A stretch of 63,953 bases of DNA, counting the filler, from Craspedostauros australis (taxonomy: Eukaryota): the NCBI GenBank assembly GCA_030167865.1. It is 9 parts of 9 records of this genome, joined end to end, with 100 filler letters (N's around TTAATTAATTAA, not from the genome) between each part and the next. Parts side by side here need not be neighbours in the genome. Positions count along the whole stretch, not along the records: positions 57,930 to 61,557 come from JALAGF010005705.1; positions 61,658 to 63,953 come from JALAGF010005706.1; 7 more parts are not named here. One strand, given 5' to 3'. The notes below the pieces were generated by a model. The model searched no databases and was not told where the DNA came from. It saw only the letters and a list, made by a program, of their open reading frames with translations. Position 1 is the first letter of the stretch. The number at the start of each line of letters is the position of its first letter. This document shows positions 59,269 through 63,953 of this stretch, in pieces. Position numbers and translations under genes: made by a program.

Positions 59269-61410
59269 TTATGCGTGCTGCTCATCGACACCGTCACCGC
59301 TCGCGGAGTCGCTCTCCTCCATCATGCTCATTCTCTTCGACTCTTCGTACATGAACACGCTCTGCTCCTTGGCTTGCAGCCACTCTTCGATTGGCTCGTC
59401 CTCTCCGTCCAACAGCAGGAGCTCCCAGTCTTCGAAGAAGCGGGGCAGCACGAAGAGACGTCCTGGGATGCACAGCATCGTCATCATGGGGAACACGATG
59501 GCAACCGCCTTCACGTTCTGGACGGTGAAGACCAGCGAGAAGAACAGGATCTGAAGGATGGTGTACATGTGGATGCGACCCTTCTCCATGTGCTCGGTGT
59601 AGATCGTCTTGGGGTACTTGGATGGTTGCTGGAAGAAGAGGAGGAAGCGGTTCCAGAACTGGATACCGTTGAGACTGGAGAGACCCATGAAGAGGAACAC
59701 TCCGTACAGGACTGGCAGAGGAAGGAGCTTGAGGACGTTGAGCACCAGGATGGACAGACCGACCATCAAGTGGGAGAAGAAGAGAGTCAATCGGGTCTCC
59801 TGCACCTCGAGGAAGTTGCCGTCACGGTCCTTCTCGGCCAATGCGTTGAGATGGATGATACATGGGACGGTGGTGGCGACCAACCATGGGAGGCCGAAGG
59901 CACCGTTGACGAAATTGAAGAATCCATTGAGACACAGATCGTAGTTGTACGCTTCACCGTGCTTCAGGTTGTGACTCTTGTGCTGGATCAAGTGCCATGT
60001 GATGCCGTTGTCGAGGTAGCAGAGAAGGAAGGCGAGGATGGCAGGACCAGCAGCTGCGAAGATCACCCAAGTCTTTCCGTTCAAATCACCGAAGTCGACC
60101 AACCAGGATCGTGTTCCGGCGGCCTCAGCCTGATCTTCGCAGTCATCTGGGAAGAAGGTACGGCACGAAGAATCGCAGCATGCGAAGGTTGGCTCGAATT
60201 CATCTGGGACGCTCAATGATTCTGTCTCGACGTGATCGAAGATGACCTGCTTGACGAGGGTCCACACGACGACCGACAGTGTGACGGAGAAATCATGGAT
60301 GGATGTGCGGGTGCCATCGTTGCAGAAGAATGGAGAATGACGGAATCCACGGAAGAAGAAGATCAGCGAGGTGGTTCCAAGTCCGAGGATCACACTCAGG
60401 AATCCCGAGGAGATGTAGGCGTAGTTTGGATCTTCCTCCTCGAGTTCCGTGTGAGAAGCATGATCTGGGTTCATGTAATGAAGAAGTCCGACGTCGCTGA
60501 ATGGATCGCCGATGGCGTCCATCACGAAGATGCTGACGATGAGGAGAGCGAAGATCTCGTCGGTGAAGCGGGTGGCGAGCTTGACGTATCTGGTGAGATC
60601 GAAGAATCCGGCAATGAGGGTATAGGCGAAGAGCCACACGCTGACCCATGCGTTGAAGGTGAGGAAAGGAACATCGAGGTTCTTGGAGAGGTTGTACACG
60701 ACGGTGGAGAATGCGAGGACCGGACCGGTGGATCCGATGACGCAGATTGGCATTCCGCCGATGAGACTGTAGACGACACCAACCCAGGCGGTTGCCATGA
60801 TGGTCTCGATGGCACCAATCTGGTTGTCGGTTGCCTTTCCGTAGACAGCTCCGAAGGTGAGGGTTGGGGAGATGACGGAGATGAAGACGAGGAAGGTGAC
60901 AGCGATGGTCTTCTGGTTGAAGTTGGTCATTTCCTGTTGAATTCATGGTGAATGGTGGATGGTGGGTAGTTGATTGATGTTGGTTGATTGGTTGATAGTT
61001 GGTGGTCAAAGTGGGGTGGATGAGTGTGAGAAGAAGCGAGCGTTGGCGGTGATGGTGATGGTGGTAGACATGGCAGCGCTGATGATCAAGAGATGCCAAT
61101 GAGCGCATGCCAATGAGCATCATAGATTCATAGTGCGGTGCGGTGCAGTACAGTACAGTACCAATACATTGCAGTATCTGCTCGGTTCTACTCCATTCTA
61201 CGTTGCTGTGTTCGAACGTACCTCTACCCAGTGGGTTCCGACGGTCCTCTTGATGTCATTGATGATGCCGCGTCCCCACATCTGTGGTTCCTCGTGATGG
61301 CCTTGGCTCACTCCGGCCATGAGCTCGGCGTTGGATGGCATCGACTTGAGACTGCGAGACGTCATGTTCGTCACTGTCTTGTTGAGTTCTTTCTCGCCTT
61401 GGTCGGTCAT
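59269..61410 (-). CDS. SLC4: SLC4-family bicarbonate transporter, 617 aa, 2 exons
   Basis: Exons 61410-61222 and 60933-59269 give GRGIINDIKRTVGTHWVE|EMTNFNQKT. Motifs SPTLTFG, IGSTGP, TRFTDEIF, GLPWLVATTV, VQETRLT, VLYGVFLFMG, QFWNR. Confidence 0.95.
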
Positions 61411-61434
61411 GATGTGGTGCTTGTCTCTTGTTGT

Positions 61435-61469
<35 letters not shown>

Positions 61470-61601
61470 GGATGGCGGTGATTGTCGCGTTTCTTGTTTG
61501 GTTTTGTCAAGACGGAGAGCGATGTGGCTTTCGGTGGTTGCTGGTTTCCGTTGTTTCNNNNNNNNNNNNNNNNNNNNNNNNNNNNNNNNNNNNNNNNNNN
61601 N

Positions 61602-61613
61602 TTAATTAATTAA
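61602..61613. other. Artificial scaffold spacer TTAATTAATTAA
   Basis: Six-frame stop 12-mer flanked by N runs. Confidence 0.97.
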
Positions 61614-62885
61614 NNNNNNNNNNNNNNNNNNNNNNNNNNNNNNNNNNNNNNNNNNNNACCAACCAACGAGCAACCCCATGCAGAGTGCGAGTGCCGTATT
61701 GCGGATCATGGTTGACACAGAGTTTCCATATGGCACAAGAAGCACGCGGTCAGCGGTCCATGGCCCATGCGCGCACCGTACACCCACATATCCTCCTTTG
61801 TGGTGCTCCCAACTTCGTTCGTGAGGTGGATGTTCCTGTCGATCGCCTCTGTTGAGCATCGATGCTCTGGAAGTCACGAGCCAAGACGGCAGCACTCATG
61901 CCTATTGATAGAATGTGCATGGTGTTGTGTATTGGTGGTCCGTGTGGCAGGAACAGTGGAGGCGGCACAGTATCACTCCGCCTGATGCTTGCTGAAGGTG
62001 CCACCCCAACCCATCCCAATACGCAATGTGGTGTTGGTTTGATGTTGAGGACTCTTGTTGCCTGTGCGGATGGTGATGGTTGCAGTGCGGTGGGATGGCA
62101 ACCAGTCAAATCCAAATGAGATGGGTCGCAACCAACAAAGACAACCAACACAGGCAATCAACAAAGGCAGTCACATCGGTGGCTTTATTGGTGGCTTCGT
62201 TGTTGTTCGAGGCATTGGCTCACACCTCAAGTTGGTGCTTGCGATGGCAGGCGGACGAGGGTCAGCGGTCTTGCAGATGCCACGATGACGCAAGCAAGCA
62301 AAGGTCATGGTGCACATGATGCACATACTGGTGGTGGTGCGGACAGCTCCTTCTCTCTCTGTCTCTCTGTTTCCGAAGACTTTGACGTTGTTTGCTTCGG
62401 ATTGGTGTTGCGTTGATTGTGGCCAAACGAGAACTCTGTTGTGGTGCTTCTTTCTTGTTGTTGGTCGCACGCATTTTCGTGATGGATGGGAACAGAAAGA
62501 TCCAATCCGCGCGAACCAGACGGGTGCGATCAAGAGAAGGAGACAAACACAGGCAAACAGAAGGAGGAGACCATGCGAACAAGACAACAGCACACACACC
62601 ACCCAACCCCATACTCAACCGCGTGAACAACAGACATCGAATTGCCACTCATATTCATCACACAGCGTATGGTACTCATACTCNNNNNNNNNNNNNNNNN
62701 NNNNNNNNNNNNNNNNNNNNNNNNNNNNNNNNNTACAAGCTGTTGCATACACAAACATCGATATCTCTTCCATAGGCAGCTCCGACCACAGACATCCTCG
62801 ACAGCCAATCCAACGTATATCGTCCAACTTCCAACGTCCAACGTCTATCGTCCAGCAACCATCGACCATCCACCACACTCTCAAA

Positions 62886-63953
62886 ATGCCGAGTGTTACC
62901 AACCAACAACTCATTGATGCTGCCAAGGCAGGTGACTTGTCAGTGTTGAAGGAGTGGAAGAAGCAGAACAAGACGCAGAATGAAGGAGATGGTGTCAACT
63001 GCAAAGACCATGATGGTTGGACTCCCCTTCATTGGGCATGCTGCAACGGCCAGCTGGAGTGTGTGAAGTACCTCATCGAATCATGTGAGGCGGACATCAG
63101 CTGCAAAACCAACTCTGGTTGCACTCCCCTTCATTGGGCATGCTACAACGGCCAGCTGGAGTGTGTCAAGTACCTCATCGAATCATGTGAGGCGGACATC
63201 AACTGCAAAGACAACAATGATTCCACTCCCCTTCATTGGGCATGCTACGGCGGCCACCTGGAGTGTGTTGCGTACCTCATTGCATCAGCCAATGCCGATG
63301 TCAACATCCAAGACAACGACAACAAAACACCCCTCGATGTGATCGGTGCGAAACTTCCAGTCAAGATGATAAAATGTCTCGATGATCTGAGTCACCGCAA
63401 CTCACAACTGCAGGAGCAGTTGGAGGAGAACGAGCAAGAGAATGAACAACTGAAACGGCAGTTGGAACAGAAGGAGGAAGAGAAGACACAGAAGGAGCAA
63501 GAGAATGAACAACTGAAACAGCAGTTGGAACAGAAGGAGGAAGAGAAGACACAGAAGGAGCAGGAGAACGAACAATTGAAACAGCAGTTGGAACAGGAGA
63601 AGGAATCAACGCAGCGCTTGCTCTCGAAAAGTCAACTGGAGAACGAACAACTGAAACGGAAGTTGAAACAACATCTCAAGATCAGCATCGACCAAGATCG
63701 TTGCGCCGCTGTTCATGCTGAGGCCATCGCAGACGTTACCTTCCTGTGCGGACAAGGGGACGAACAACAACCAATCAAGGCAAACTCCGCAGTCCTCATG
63801 ATCACTGTCCCATCCATTCAGACACTGATCAACTCTGGAATCCAACATCAATGCGCTCACGATGGTGCCCACGATGGCGCTCAAGATACAACTGAACCCA
63901 TCCAAACAACCATCCCTCTTCCCAACTTTCAACCAAAACACGTCCGATACGTC
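62886..63953 (+). CDS. Ankyrin + coiled-coil + BTB-like protein (runs off the window end; absent from the ORF track)
   Basis: Hand translation is open from ATG 62886 to the end: MPSVTNQQLIDAAKAGDL.., TPLHWAC x3, EQENEQLKQQLEQKEEEKTQK repeats, then ADVTFLCGQGDEQQPIKANSAVLMITVPSIQTLINSG..TIPLPNFQPKHVRYV. Confidence 0.88.
   Translation, partial: MPSVTNQQLIDAAKAGDLSVLKEWKKQNKTQNEGDGVNCKDHDGWTPLHWACCNGQLECVKYLIESCEADISCKTNSGCTPLHWACYNGQLECVKYLIESCEADINCKDNNDSTPLHWACYGGHLECVAYLIASANADVNIQDNDNKTPLDVIGAKLPVKMIKCLDDLSHRNSQLQEQLEENEQENEQLKRQLEQKEEEKTQKEQENEQLKQQLEQKEEEKTQKEQENEQLKQQLEQEKESTQRLLSKSQLENEQLKRKLKQHLKISIDQDRCAAVHAEAIADVTFLCGQGDEQQPIKANSAVLMITVPSIQTLINSGIQHQCAHDGAHDGAQDTTEPIQTTIPLPNFQPKHVRYV
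63432..63596 (+). repeat. In-frame 63-bp tandem repeat (3 heptads per unit), about 2.6 units
   Basis: GAGCAAGAGAATGAACAACTGAAAC(G/A)GCAGTTGGAACAG.. starting at 63432, 63495 and 63558. Confidence 0.92.

Overview
Eukaryotic draft-assembly sequence, most likely a (raphid pennate) diatom. This is inferred from GT-AG introns, DUF6824 genes, a diatom-type SLC4, a diatom-type myosin and CoDi-like copia elements. The window is not contiguous DNA: eight artificial N-TTAATTAATTAA-N spacers join nine unrelated scaffolds, and several gap-flanking duplications look like assembly overlaps. Host genes reconstructed by hand: a CRAL-TRIO+DUF6824 gene (3 exons), a 1482-aa myosin (2 exons), a Tyr/Asn/Asp-rich multi-pass membrane protein, a TPR protein, a 1023-aa low-complexity protein, an RNI-like LRR protein, a single-pass EF-hand protein, a second DUF6824 gene, a BTB protein, an SLC4 bicarbonate transporter, and two ankyrin-coiled-coil-BTB paralogs (one pseudogenised). 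Mobile DNA: two Ty1/copia pol fragments, an LTR-PBS-gag 5' end plus a solo LTR with TSD, an RNase H-bearing LINE 3' end, a PIF/Harbinger-like transposase, a MITE and mariner-like ends. The most notable observations are (i) a BTB protein with an RPA70 N-terminal-like OB fold nested inside its C-terminal domain, (ii) an LTR element whose primer-binding site matches the 5' half of tRNA-Lys(CUU), and (iii) a repeat-built ANK-CC-BTB gene family showing birth and death. All domain calls come from reading motifs by eye; no searches were run.
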